DNA of 64,000 nt from contig NC_068983.1 in assembly GCF_001194135.2 (NCBI RefSeq), forward strand, positions 85,371,517-85,435,516. The letters are read 5' to 3'. A model generated the notes under the pieces. The model was not told the origin of the DNA. It ran no database searches and saw only the letters and a program-made list of their open reading frames with translations. This DNA is from Octopus bimaculoides (Eukaryota). Shown in pieces: positions 1-12,906 of the stretch. The stretch's first letter is position 1. Every line of letters begins with the position of its first letter. Position numbers and translations under genes: made by a program.

Positions 1-12
1 TATATACATATA

Positions 13-175
13 TACGACGGGCTTCTTTCAGTTTCCGTCTACCAAATCCACTCACAAGGCTTTGGTCGGCCCGGGGCTATAGTAGAAGACACTTGCCCAA
101 GGTGCCACGCAGTGGGACTGAACCCGGAACCATGTGATTGGTAAGCAAGCTACTTACCACACAGCCACTCCTGCG

Positions 176-178
<3 letters not shown>
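13..178 (-). mobile_element. SINE family A (tRNA-like head), 5' part
   Basis: Reverse complement of the head at 38667+: GCAGGAGTGGCTGTGTGGTAAG (A-box-like), GGTTCAGTCCC (B-box-like), ACCTTGGGCAAGTGTCTTCTACTATAGC; ends in (TA)n. Confidence 0.85.
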
Positions 179-231
<53 letters not shown>

Positions 232-1339
232 AACATGTATACACATTAAGACATTAAATACACTAAGTAATAAAGAATGTACTTTTAACTGTTGAAGTAG
301 TCTAGGTCAGCTATGAGTAATATATCTCTATCCAGTATAAATAACAATAATGCAGTATCCCCTCAGTCATAACACTAAAACTAAGAGAATAATTAGGTCT
401 CTGGCAATAACAATATTTGTAATTGAAGGGACTGTGATAAACACTAACGTGCAAGGAATGCTCAGTTAAAACATTTAATAAGGTCCATTACTACATCGGT
501 ATGACAGCTTCCAAATTCAAACTCAGATTACAAAACCAAAGGCATTCCTTTAAATACAAAAGAACAAAACATAGCACATCACTGCCTAGGTTCATTTGGG
601 ACCTCAAAGAAAAAAAAAACATCAGCTATTCAATTTTGTGGTCAATTAATAGGTAGTGCACTTCTATAGAGAAAGATAGAGGTAGTTGCAGGGGCATTGG
701 AAATTCTCAAATGTATGTCTAATATAATCAATAAGCAATAACAGATCACTGATCCATCGATTCCACTTTTTTAATAAGACCTTTTCAAAATTTTCACATA
801 AAATTCCATGTAGCTAACTTACCCTGATTCAACTAAAATTAATGTTAGTTTTTCTTACCATATTAATTTCCTCACCTTCCATTCAAATCATTTCATGTAT
901 AACCAGCCAATCATTCATTTCTTAACTAATGTATCTAATTTAATCCTTAATTCTTGTATCTAATTTAATTTCAATAATATCGAGAATTGACTGCTGAGGT
1001 ATGCACTATTTTATTCTATGTCTCTATTCTAACAACTCTGCCCACACTTTAATTTCATTTTTTTTTTTTCAATTGTCTCCTCTTCTTTTCGATTCTCCCA
1101 TGATATAATGCAGGGTAACCTTGTATCTCCTCCATAGCAAGACACCTGCACTTCTATTACACTTTAGCCTCTCAACAACTGGCACAGAATTTTCACCACA
1201 CCTCCCTCTCTCAAATACTAACCCACCATGTAGCTGAGGAAGCTTTTTACTCTTTCCTGTTCTTTTCTTATCTTGCAACTTGCTTCACAACTTCACTAAA
1301 ACCAGTGGAATGAAAAGAAATCTCCCAGCCCACTTTGTA

Positions 1340-1472
1340 ATACAGCTGGCATCAGGAAGGGCATCCAGCCATAGAAACCATGCTGCAGCTAACATTAGCA
1401 CACAACATGCTTGATCCAGTCAAAACTGTCCCACCCATGCCAGCTTGGAAAATGGATGTTAAATGATGATGT
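1340..1472 (+). mobile_element. Repeat family C ((GAT)n-tailed SINE-like), 3' fragment
   Basis: GGAAGGGCATCCAGCCATAGAAACC...CCCATGCCAGC...GATGTTAAATGATGATG, shared with 7690-7845, 9317-9525, 12480-12645 and 47165-47355. Confidence 0.75.
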
Positions 1473-2597
1473 ATTTTTTTTTTTTTTTACACTACTATTC
1501 CTCCTATTACTGGTTCTTCTGAAATTGTAATAGTAAACTATCATCTCTTGGCAGTTCTGATTTATATTACAAATTCCTGTCTTGCCATCACTATATATGT
1601 ATACAATAAAAATGACAACATTTTGACCTGTCGGTGGACTTCTCCCTCATCTTCATTATCCAACTACTGAAATATCTCCTAGAGAGCACAAACACTTGTT
1701 TAATCTATAACTCTGATATGCTGCACCGTAACAACTATCAACATATTTGCTGGAAATTCCAAAAAAATATTGTAGTAACTTTTTATGCAATTTGATGAGC
1801 TGGCTAGTGGCAACATCATTAATTAATTAATTATTGTATGGATTAACATAATTATTTCACATGTACAAACCAATGTATAAATTGACGAAATAGTTCCACT
1901 AGATTTTGAAATGATGGGAACCTTTAATAAAGTTATGTAATACCATCATTTTAATTTATCTGTTTACTATTAATTACACTCCATAATAAATGCACCAACT
2001 GATTAATTGGTATATTTCTTCAGGTTTACAAGTTTACAGTTTGCACAGAATACCCAGAGGGTTACATGAATATGGATTCTTATTGATTTTCTGCTAGCCA
2101 AGGTTTTCACATGGACTGTTGGGGTATTCACTTAGGTTTCTTTAACCCCTTGCATTCTCTTACATATATCTATATTTGTTAAAAATTGTCCCTCTTCTGG
2201 TGTCTTCTTTTGCTCATTGCCTAACACACACACACACACAAACACATACACACACAGATATACCTGAAGTTAAACAGCAAATTCAAAGAAAGCTACAACC
2301 AATAGGAACTAGAGCCAAATTTACTGTTCATCAGAGGAATATAGACAGACATCAGTGGGGTAAGGTTGATTAAACTTCTTGGTTTATTCACACATATTCA
2401 GTATGCTAAATAGACAGGAGAAATTAGAAGAGTTGTACAGTCTGTTTTATTTGTACTCAAATTCTCTTTGGGCCATTTGAGATGTTAATGTGTAGCAATT
2501 CACCACGAACTTTAGACAGCAATTTACTTCAATACACAGACACAAAATCATTCTCAATAAATCTTACATGAGCTCTTTCATATACATAGATTCATAT

Positions 2598-2654
<57 letters not shown>

Positions 2655-3245
2655 TGTGCACATGCAAGTAGTTGAGAATCCGTTGGAAATAAAGAAGAAA
2701 ATGGTGGGGAGAAGGAAAGAGAGAAGAGAGAAAGTAGTGTTTTCCTAATTAACATGCAAGTCAAAACTTTCAAACAAAATGAATGCATAAATTATAACAG
2801 AAACAGTCTGTTATTTTGAAAGCTTTCCATTTGGGTAAGCATTGCCTGTCTCTGGGATTTACCAGTGTTTATATATTTTGAAATCTGTTTCATTAATAAA
2901 TAAACTAATAAATACAGTTCTACATCATAAAAAAATTATTATTTGCACTGTGAGCAGCGAGATCTAAAAAGATGATTTGCATACTTATTCTTGATATATT
3001 CTGGCAGATTCGAATGTAAATATGCTAGTTGCTGTTGTGTATGTTACAGGAGAATTTCTCCCTTTTCTGATGACTCATTGGTGCAAAGGATTCAGGAACA
3101 CCAGTGTTTCAACCTAATTCATCAACTGAAAATACTTTGAGCCTAAATAACCTAGCACTTTTGTTTATACTTTTCATGTTCTAGAATCCTTTGTACTAAT
3201 GAGCCAAATGCATTATAAACACACAGAGACACAAATATATATAAT

Positions 3246-3308
<63 letters not shown>

Positions 3309-3377
3309 GAGGGAGGGAGAGAGAGAACGAGAGAGAGAGAGAGAGAGAACGAGAGAGAGAGAGAACGAGAGAGAGAG

Positions 3378-3452
<75 letters not shown>
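3246..3452. repeat. Compound (GT)n-(GA)n-(GT)n microsatellite
   Basis: Directly visible; explains ORF-track entries 3152-3692. Confidence 0.98.
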
Positions 3453-3457
<5 letters not shown>

Positions 3458-3937
3458 TGTGTTTTCATGTCTCCTTGTCATGTCATTAGCAGTCTTGTGT
3501 TTGCAATCTCTGCGAAAATATGTCCAGCCATTTGTGCTGTTTATGCTCAAAGATAAGGGGGGAATATTTAGTTTACTTGGAAACAATGCAGGCTGGCAAC
3601 AGGGAGGGCATCCAGCCATAGAAAATCTATTGCAACGAATTTCATCTGAACCATTCAAGAATCAACAAATCACCGACAATAAAAAACAATGAATGCTTTT
3701 AGAACTACATTATCCAGTCTGTCCTTACCTTTTTAAAATATAAGGATGTAACTGGAGGCAAATCTGACTGCTATTTCTAGCAGACCAAATAGTCAATTAA
3801 AACTTTATTTGGTCATGACATTTACTTTGGCAGGCCGCATTACTCACCATGTTATATCAGTTCCTCTGTCTACATCTAGTAACATCTCTAGTTGCTCCCT
3901 AATAACATTTACAGCAACATCCTAAGTTGCTCTAGAT

Positions 3938-4281
3938 CAGGGGCTTTCAGCCAGAGTCCATATGGCCCTTGTGGGTCGATATAAGATTTGTGGGCATCCA
4001 GACAACAAAACAGTAAACCGTCTACAACAGTATTTTAAGGCCCCTGATAAAATTTTGCTTTAGATGCATGTATTGGTATGTATTGCAAGAAATAGTTAGG
4101 TCACTTTCTCTAGCATTTTATATTGTTCAACCTACACAAATTAATGAGTGAAAAACAAAATAGGAATTTTGAAAGAAATTTCTATAATACTAGTTTTCAA
4201 ACATCAAACAGCTATGGGGGTTCACCAGAATAAAATAGCAATCAAAGGGGTCCATAGATAAAAGATGGTTGAGAACCCCTG
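3938..4281. mobile_element. hAT (Charlie-like) MITE, 344 bp
   Basis: TIRs CAGGGGCTTTCAGCC / GGTTGAGAACCCCTG. 8-bp TSD CTCTAGAT (3930-3937) / TTCTAGAT (4282-4289) matches the NTCTAGAN target preference of Charlie-type hATs. Confidence 0.85.
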
Positions 4282-5028
4282 TTCTAGATGAACAACTGGG
4301 ATGTTAATCACCAGGAAATGGAAGCATATCCAAGAGACATTTAAATCTCATCTTTGTGCATGCACGCCATGAAACCCAAAGATAAAGCACTTCTCTGGGA
4401 ACTAGGAAGTGATTATTCAGTTGAAACAAAAAACGGGAAATCTCTCACGCACACACTCTGACCCATATCATCAACCTTAAACACAAATTCTAAAAAAAAG
4501 GCAAACTTCCTCAGAGAATTTTTTTTTTTAAATAGTTTAATCAAAGGAGAAAGCATAACATCTATGACCTTTTCAGGGTCCCCAACACTGGTGGGTGAAA
4601 GACTGTCACTAACCCATAACTTTGCACCAGTAAGTACTGAAGAGAGTTAAAAACTAAGAAAAACAAAACCATTAGGCAACACAACTAAAGCTACTTCTTA
4701 ATTTTAAAAGTAAGAGCCTTCTTATTTAAAGGATTTTTTTTTTTAAATAGACACGAAATATTTTAAATCTTTATAATACAACTAGGCATATCAGCTTGAT
4801 ATTTTTGTGTTAATAACAAAAGAAAAAAAAACAAGCCTATCTTCAAATATACTTTTTCTCAGTTGAGATTCAGATAATATTTAATTTTTTCATTTTTTTA
4901 GTGGTGTTTTTTTTTTTCTGTTTTCTTTTATGGAATTGTAAACATCAATATATTCTTATTCATTTAGTGCTTCACAAAAAAAAATGGCTCCATCTTCTCC
5001 AGTGCTATCAGAGAGAGATAGAGGCAGC

Positions 5029-5090
5029 ATCAGTGTGCTTCAGAGAGAGATGAAGTATACCGATGCTTCATCTCTCTCTGAAAGATTGAT
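5029..5090. other. Near-perfect hairpin (20-bp stem, 4-nt loop)
   Basis: TTCAGAGAGAGATGAAGTAT (5039-5058) pairs with ATGCTTCATCTCTCTCTGAA (5063-5082) with one G-U; loop ACCG; outer helix ATCAGT/ATTGAT. Function unknown. Confidence 0.8.
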
Positions 5091-5671
5091 AAGAAACTCA
5101 GAATATCATTTAATTATTTCAGAATCTGGTGCTGTCTGTCCTTCATCCACAACCCTTACCATCCTAACAAAGAAATATTTAATGAAAATTGATAACAGAT
5201 TTTTTCGTTTTGTATTTTGCTTATATATTTACTTTTAAAAATTCTGACAATTTATCACTAACAATAGCTACAAGTGTTGTTATATTGATAACGTGTTAAA
5301 TGTTATAGTAGCACCTGTGCATGTGCACAGGCATACAATTACACACACACAAAGGTGTACACATGTACACACAAAATTTCCCAACTATTGCATTTGTGGG
5401 TTGTACACATATGTAATATACACAAACAAATGTCTATATATATACATACATTTAATGATGATAATATAAAATGTATGCTATATATCGATTATACAATTCC
5501 TTAGTGTATATGTACCAATGTATAGATAAATACGTTTAGCTATAAATGTGAGTGTGTAATCCTCTTGTTGAATATAATATGATGACTACAGTGGGGTATG
5601 TATTAGAAAAAATGTCAAGTGTTGAGAAGGAAAAAGTAACTGGGATCATTTATTATTATTACTATTGGTTA

Positions 5672-5790
5672 ACATTGCCTTTCGTCCTTTTGGGGTCGAT
5701 AAATTAAGTACCAGTGAAATACTGGGGTTGATGTAATCAATTAGCCCCCTCCAAAATTTTAGGCCTTGTGTCTTTGATAGAAAGGATTAT
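5672..5790 (+). mobile_element. SINE family B, 3' fragment
   Basis: TTGCCTTTCGTCCTTTTGGGGTCGATAAATTAAGTACCAG...GATGTAATC, as in the full copy at 62913-63144. Confidence 0.75.
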
Positions 5791-5886
5791 CATTATTATT
5801 ATGGTTGTTTATTGTTATTATAATTATGACAAGAACAACTACGCATAGTACCTAAATGCAAACAAATCTCCCAAAACCATGTCTGG

Positions 5887-5921
<35 letters not shown>

Positions 5922-6466
5922 GGATGGTAAAAAAGAAATCTATGTAGAACTGAATAGATAAGTTCATTGAGAGAATGTATAATGATGGGAAGATATGAAG
6001 AGAGAGAAGGAAGAAAACGGAGAGGGAAAGCAAGATTTACATAAACAAAGCTGGCAAAAAATAAACACAGCCAGACAAGATCCGTAGTCAACCAATGATG
6101 CTATGTCTACCATTAGTACCCCCCTTCCCCTCCATACACGACAACAACAACAATTTCCACTTTATCTCATCACAACTCTTCAACATGATTTCGAACATAC
6201 ACACATAACAATCACATTGACACATGTATGTGTGAATGAAAAAAAATCTGACATCATATGTTCGTGTTGTAGAAATTGACACTTCCAACACCACCACCAG
6301 ATATTATTCTTTGAAGTGGAAATGAAGAAGCTGGGAAAATAAAGTGTGTATATTTACATGCATGTGCGTGCACACGCATGCACACATAAAAAATTACCAA
6401 AACTATTGAATTCTCTTGGTTAGATGTAGTCAAACACTATACTTACACATAAACACACATGTAAAT

Positions 6467-6499
<33 letters not shown>

Positions 6500-7689
6500 G
6501 TATGTATACACACACATACAAATTTATATATAAACATACAAAAATGATAAACTCCAAATAATGACACAATCCTTAGAGTGTTAAAAGCAAACAACAACTA
6601 AAAATGTACTACAGACTACTTTTTTTCCTGCCTGTACAGCTAAAAACATGTGGGTATATGTATGTTTGTATGCGCTCTTCTGTACATGCATATGCACATA
6701 CATACATACATAAAATACATACAGACAGACAGAGAGACAGATGGAGATGGAATACGAAAAGAAAAAAAAAATTGATTTCGGATGGTTAGTTCTAGACTGG
6801 CTTTGAATGTTCCAGACAACTTGTAGAACACTAAACGGATGTTATCCTTCTTTCTATCAATCACAACTTCCCTTCATTTAACCATCACAACCACATGCAT
6901 AAAATGCAAACAGAAAACAAACTACCACATCGATATCAACAACAACAACTAGCAGTAATAGTACTGCTACTACTATGATAAACATTAGTGCCAGCATTGC
7001 AAAAAAAAAAGAAGAAAAAAGCACTCTTTGTATGGCATCTATCTATAATGTATACAGATGTTTAAAAATACTTAAGTTTTGGGGTGTGTTTTCTTTTTCT
7101 TTTTTCTTCTTTGACTTTTTTTTAATGTCTGTCTGTTTGGCAGTCTTTTTTTAGAGCTTTGATGGAATTGAAGCAGGGAAAGTTCCATCTCATCTTTCAG
7201 AGGAATTCTTCAGACCAAATAATTGCGTATGTATATATGTATGTGTGAGTGTCTATAAGTGTGTGTGTGTGCGTATGTATGTTATATATATTCTTTCTAA
7301 TTTTGGCACAAAAAGAAACAATTTTGAGTGGAGTAAAGGAGACGACATTTACATGATTAGATTCATCTCAATACTTGACTGGTGCACATTATTAGCAACC
7401 CAGCAAGTTAAAGTCAACCTCAGTGGAAGTTGAACTCAGAATAAATACCACAACCCATTCTGTACTATATTCAAACAATTCTGCGACCTACCCTCAGGAG
7501 TTGAAGAAACAAATACAAAATGCACAGACAAACAGAAAACATACACAGCAGGTCCCCAAACAATCAACAGTTATCAACATGAGGGGCAAAGGGAATTTTG
7601 CTCTATTAACAATCACATTGCATCTGAACTGGTGGCGGGCACACATACACAAACACACACACGTAAGCACACAAATATACATGAACACG

Positions 7690-7845
7690 GCATGTAAAAG
7701 CACCCTCTACACACTCGGAGTGGTTGGCGTTAGGAAGGGCATCCAGGTATAGAAACTCTGCCAAATCAGATTGGAGCCTGGTGTAGTCAAATCGTCCAAC
7801 TCATGCTAGCATGAAAAGCGGACGTTAAACGATGATGATGATGAT
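7690..7845 (+). mobile_element. Repeat family C, 3' part
   Basis: AAAGCACCC..ACACTCGGAGTGGTTGGCGTTAGGAAGGGCATCCAG...GGACGTTAAACGATGATGATG followed by (TA)n. Confidence 0.85.
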
Positions 7846-8608
7846 ATATATATATNNNNNNNNNNNNNNNNNNNNNNNNNNNNNNNNNNNNNNNNNNNNN
7901 NNNNNNNNNNNNNNNNNNNNNNNNNNNNNNNNNNNNNNNNNNNNNNNNNNNNNNNNNNNNNNNNNNNNNNNNNNNNNNNNNNNNNNNNNNNNNNNNNNNN
8001 NNNNNNNNNNNNNNNNNNNNNNNNNNNNNNNNNNNNNNNNNNNNNNNNNNNNNNNNNNNNNNNNNNNNNNNNNNNNNNNNNNNNNNNNNNNNNNNNNNNN
8101 NNNNNNNNNNNNNNNNNNNNNNNNNNNNNNNNNNNNNNNNNNNNNNNNNNNNNNNNNNNNNNNNNNNNNNNNNNNNNNNNNNNNNNNNNNNNNNNNNNNN
8201 NNNNNNNNNNNNNNNNNNNNNNNNNNNNNNNNNNNNNNNNNNNNNNNNNNNNNNNNNNNNNNNNNNNNNNNNNNNNNNNNNNNNNNNNNNNNNNNNNNNN
8301 NNNNNNNNNNNNNNNNNNNNNNNNNNNNNNNNNNNNNNNNNNNNNNNNNNNNNNNNNNNNNNNNNNNNNNNNNNNNNNNNNNNNNNNNNNNNNNNNNNNN
8401 NNNNNNNNNNNNNNNNNNNNNNNNNNNNNNNNNNNNNNNNNNNNNNNNNNNNNNNNNNNNNNNNNNNNNNNNNNNNNNNNNNNNNNNNNNNNNNNNNNNN
8501 NNNNNNNNNNNNNNNNNNNNNNNNNNNNNNNNNNNNNNNNNNNNNNNNNNNNNNNNNNNNNNNNNNNNNNNNNNNNNNNNNNNNNNNNNNNNNNNNNNNN
8601 NNNNNNNN

Positions 8609-8664
<56 letters not shown>

Positions 8665-8707
8665 TATGTATATATGTATATATCTGTGTGTGTGTGTGTA
8701 TGTGTAT

Positions 8708-9012
8708 AAATAAATAAATGGAGTTAAACGCAGGTGTTATTCAAATTCTTTACTTCTGACACATGTTTCGAAGACATCATTGGTATTATTCCAAAGCAAT
8801 AAAATGGTGTAGAACAATGTGATCTTCTCTTCAGGGAAATGAAGAAATAAAACAAACTCGCCAATAAGACATTTTACAAAATATTTCTTATGAACCCGGA
8901 GGTTCTACCTTTAAAAACATTGTGTTGCGCTCTTTTTACTTGTGTGATTTTTTGCTGCCCTGGTAACTGTTTATCTATTTTTTTCTGTGTTAATTGTAAA
9001 CAAGGGAAAATA
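8708..9012 (-). mobile_element. About 300-bp non-coding hammerhead-bearing PLE/retrozyme-like insert between (TA)/(CA) tracts
   Basis: Contains the hammerhead at 8752-8840. Segments 8715-8746 and 8890-9010 are homologous to 60430-60655, next to the PLE endonuclease region. Confidence 0.65.
8752..8840 (-). ncRNA. Type I hammerhead ribozyme motif, canonical core
   Basis: Minus strand: AUUUCC-CUGAAGA-GAAGA...UCUUC-GAAAC-AUGU-GUC/AGAAGU. Stem II GAAGA/UCUUC, stem III AC/GU, stem I 5 of 6 paired (C-A mismatch next to core). Confidence 0.75.
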
Positions 9013-9120
9013 CATATATATATATCTATATATGTATATATCTATATCTTTATACGCATACATATATATATGTGTGTGTATATATATATGCATACAGATA
9101 TATATATATGCATGCATATA

Positions 9121-9162
<42 letters not shown>

Positions 9163-9316
9163 GATGCACGCATATATATATATGTGCATACATACATATA
9201 TATATACATGTGTGCATAAATACATATATGCATGTGTGCATAAATACATATATGCATGCATGTATATATTTATATATATGCATACATGTATGTATATATA
9301 TATATATATATATATA

Positions 9317-9525
9317 GCCAGAACCACCTGGCTGACCTTCGTGCCGGTGGCACGTAAAAGCACCCACTACACTCTCGGAGTGGTTGGCGTTAGGAAGGGC
9401 ATCCAGCTGTAGAAACTCTGCCAAATCAGATTGGAGCCTGGTGTAGCCATCTGGTTTCACCAGTCATCAGTCAAATCGTCCAACCCATGCTAGCATGGAA
9501 AGCGGAAGTTAAACGATGATGATAT
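9317..9525 (+). mobile_element. Repeat family C
   Basis: GCCGGTGGCACGTAAAAGCACCCACTACACTCTCGGAG...GGAAGTTAAACGATGATG; reverse-complement match to 43805-44000. Confidence 0.85.
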
Positions 9526-10425
9526 ATATATATATATAGATAGATAGATAGATACATATATATATATATATGCATATATATAAATATATATATATATATG
9601 CATATATATATATAGATACATATATATGTATATANNNNNNNNNNNNNNNNNNNNNNNNNNNNNNNNNNNNNNNNNNNNNNNNNNNNNNNNNNNNNNNNNN
9701 NNNNNNNNNNNNNNNNNNNNNNNNNNNNNNNNNNNNNNNNNNNNNNNNNNNNNNNNNNNNNNNNNNNNNNNNNNNNNNNNNNNNNNNNNNNNNNNNNNNN
9801 NNNNNNNNNNNNNNNNNNNNNNNNNNNNNNNNNNNNNNNNNNNNNNNNNNNNNNNNNNNNNNNNNNNNNNNNNNNNNNNNNNNNNNNNNNNNNNNNNNNN
9901 NNNNNNNNNNNNNNNNNNNNNNNNNNNNNNNNNNNNNNNNNNNNNNNNNNNNNNNNNNNNNNNNNNNNNNNNNNNNNNNNNNNNNNNNNNNNNNNNNNNN
10001 NNNNNNNNNNNNNNNNNNNNNNNNNNNNNNNNNNNNNNNNNNNNNNNNNNNNNNNNNNNNNNNNNNNNNNNNNNNNNNNNNNNNNNNNNNNNNNNNNNNN
10101 NNNNNNNNNNNNNNNNNNNNNNNNNNNNNNNNNNNNNNNNNNNNNNNNNNNNNNNNNNNNNNNNNNNNNNNNNNNNNNNNNNNNNNNNNNNNNNNNNNNN
10201 NNNNNNNNNNNNNNNNNNNNNNNNNNNNNNNNNNNNNNNNNNNNNNNNNNNNNNNNNNNNNNNNNNNNNNNNNNNNNNNNNNNNNNNNNNNNNNNNNNNN
10301 NNNNNNNNNNNNNNNNNNNNNNNNNNNNNNNNNNNNNNNNNNNNNNNNNNNNNNNNNNNNNNNNNNNNNNNNNNNNNNNNNNNNNNNNNNNNNNNNNNNN
10401 NNNNNNNNNNNNNNNNNNNNNNNNN

Positions 10426-10485
<60 letters not shown>

Positions 10486-10835
10486 TATATATATATATAA
10501 AAACATATATATACATACATATATATATATATAAACATATACATACATAAACATATATATACATATATATAAACATATATATGCATATATATATATATAA
10601 ACATATATATACATATATATATATATAAACATATACATACATAAACATATATATACATATATATAAACATATACATATATACATACATATATATATATAA
10701 ACATATATATACATATATACATACATATATATAAACATATACATATATACATACATATATATATATATATAAACATATATATACATACATACATATATAT
10801 ACATACATACATATATATACATACATATACATACA
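10426..10835. repeat. Degenerate (TA)n/(TACA)n tract
   Basis: Directly visible; similar tracts at 9012-9316, 11605-11950, 16920-17100 and 63145-63358. Confidence 0.95.
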
Positions 10836-11600
10836 TGATGATGGCCGTCCACTCGTGACCAAGGAAGACCATTCCCGACCTTCAGGAACATTGTGTGCTC
10901 TAGGACTAACTTATATTTTGCATTTGCGGCTCCGTTGGTGGCTAATGAGCTCTGCTCTTGACAAGCATACACGACTGCAAACATTGCAGATCAAGCTTTC
11001 CCCATTCACTATACAAGGCATGCGCTTTTGCGCAGCACGCTTAAGTTCTTCATGCTGGTTACGTGCTCTCTCAAAAGTGCTGATCCTCTCCTTAACCTGC
11101 TTCCTCCATCTGTGGTGATGACAGGCATTGTTTTCCCAGTCAGTGTCCTGCATATCACAGGCTTTCAATGAGGCCTTGACACAGTCCTTAATTCGCAGCA
11201 TTGGTTTCTGCCAGAGTCTCCTTCCATTCACAAGTTCTCCATATAGCATCTGCTTAGGAATCCTGCTATCCTTCATTCTAATAAGGTGTCCAGTCCAATG
11301 TAACTGGTGCTTGTGCAGCATTGCCTCAATACTCAAGATATCAGCTGTCCTCAGGACCTGTGTGTCTGGAATCTTTGAGGTCCAGTCAACATTGAGAATG
11401 TGTCTGAGACATCTCTGATGAAAGTGTTCAAGGTCCCTTACCTGACGTTTGTACAGAGTCCATGTCTCACATGAGTAGAGAAGCGATGCCAGTACACATG
11501 CACAGTACACAGCAACTTTTGGTTGCCTTGCGATGCCATGTTGGGACCAGACTAAAGAGACTAAAGAGACCGGAAGGAACTAGTTGCTCTCTGCAACCTG
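10835..11600 (-). mobile_element. 5'-truncated RTE-clade LINE (BovB-like), 3' end
   Basis: Encodes [51 protein letters not shown] and a terminal CxxC...H Zn finger; short 3' UTR ending in (CAT)n; embedded in TA-rich repeats. Confidence 0.9.
10911..11510 (-). CDS. C-terminal (post-RT) part of RTE LINE ORF2, 199 aa, no RT catalytic core
   Basis: ORF-track protein matches the RTE C-terminal consensus; 5' frame is disrupted. Confidence 0.8.
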   Translation of the reverse strand: MYCACVLASLLYSCETWTLYKRQVRDLEHFHQRCLRHILNVDWTSKIPDTQVLRTADILSIEAMLHKHQLHWTGHLIRMKDSRIPKQMLYGELVNGRRLWQKPMLRIKDCVKASLKACDMQDTDWENNACHHHRWRKQVKERISTFERARNQHEELKRAAQKRMPCIVNGESLICNVCSRVCLSRAELISHQRSRKCKI

Positions 11601-11666
11601 AAAGATACACACATGTACATACATACATATATGCATATATAGACATATACATACATATATATATAA

Positions 11667-11707
<41 letters not shown>

Positions 11708-12864
11708 TATATACATATATATGTACATACATATATATATATACATACATATATAAAAATACATATATATATATATAAAAACATACATATATAAATACAT
11801 ACATATATATACATACATAAACATACATATACATATATATATATATACAATCATATATATACACATGCACACATACACACACACATAAATTCACGCACTT
11901 ATACATGCAAATATATACACATACATATATACACCTATATACATATACATATATTTTGAGTGGATATGTGTGGGTTTATAGTGTAGATGAAAGTGTTTTC
12001 AGTGGAGATGTGTTTGTTTGTATCATGAACGAGTGTATTTGTAGGGCAGGTAAATGTTTTTGTAATATGGGCAAGTGTGTGTTTGTAGTGCACATCAAGG
12101 GTTTCTTGTATAGATTTGTTGGTGTGCTTTTATTCATTAAACTATGGCCATGTTAGAACATCATCCTCACAGGTTTTAGTGAATTACATTGACACTGGTA
12201 CATATTTCAGTCTAATCCATCTCATGAGCATCAACTTGTCTCTTTGTGTTTGCATGCACGTTTAAATTAAGTTCAGTCTACCTGTGTAGCACTTTGGGCA
12301 AAGGTGTTTGACTACAGCCCAGTACTGACCAAAGTCTTGTGAGTGAATTTGGTAATGGAAATTAAAGACGCCTGTCCCAAGCGTGTGTGTGTGTATGTGT
12401 GTGTGTGTGTGTGTTGTGTAGACGTCATGGGTTAGTTATAAACGAGCATCAGTGTCATACAAATGAACCCCCTCATTTCTAGCCTTCTGTCCAGCTATAG
12501 GGAAATATTATCCTGCTTAGAAACAGATGAGGGTTAATGACAGGAAGGGCATGAGGCCATAGAAAATCTGCCTCAACAAATTCCACCTGACCCATGCCAG
12601 CATGGAAATGTGGATGCTAAAAATTGACAATGACGATGATGATGTATGTGCATATATGTAGAGGTACTGTACGGCTGAATGGTTGAGAATTACATCTTGA
12701 AACCATGAAGTCCTGGTTTCAATTCTATTGCAAATGTTGTTTCCTATAGCCTTCTATCAATCCATATGCTGTTAGTGAATGTGGGCAAGTGGAAACTATA
12801 GAAGCCCATTGAGTGGTTTTGTATAGCCTTGTAATACTGTCAAAATTTTTATTCTTTTTATTAT

Positions 12865-12906
<42 letters not shown>

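Noticed and set aside
1069-1278. 69-aa minus-strand ORF QDKKRTGK...RRGDN
   Set aside because: In-frame stop just upstream; the nearest good acceptor (about 1297) opens only short frames; no recognisable domain.
2258-2359. 102-nt phase 1-1 exon candidate DIPEVKQQIQRKLQPIG...HQW with donor GG|GTAAGG
   Set aside because: The acceptor is preceded by (CA)n rather than a pyrimidine tract; no homology recognised.
3060-3100. Other CUGANGA words (3066, 4637, 17455 minus, 32016, 59233, 60729 minus) as hammerheads
   Set aside because: No matching stem II plus GAAA plus stem III could be built.
3848-3898. 51-nt minus-strand exon candidate EQLEMLLDVDRGTDIT with donor TG|GTGAGT
   Set aside because: Weak acceptor and no independent support; compatible with chance.
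4984-5238. 84-aa ORF MAPSSPVLSERD...
   Set aside because: Overlaps the hairpin and GA repeats; no splice or homology support.
7690-9525. Two similar family C copies either side of a gap, as a possible segmental duplication
   Set aside because: They differ by internal indels and have unrelated flanks; independent insertions or local assembly redundancy suffice.
7787-10984. Long ORFs of 280-490 aa in the ORF track (also 13931-15216, 39581-40244, 49171-49687)
   Set aside because: Made of N gaps and (TA)n/(GA)n translations.
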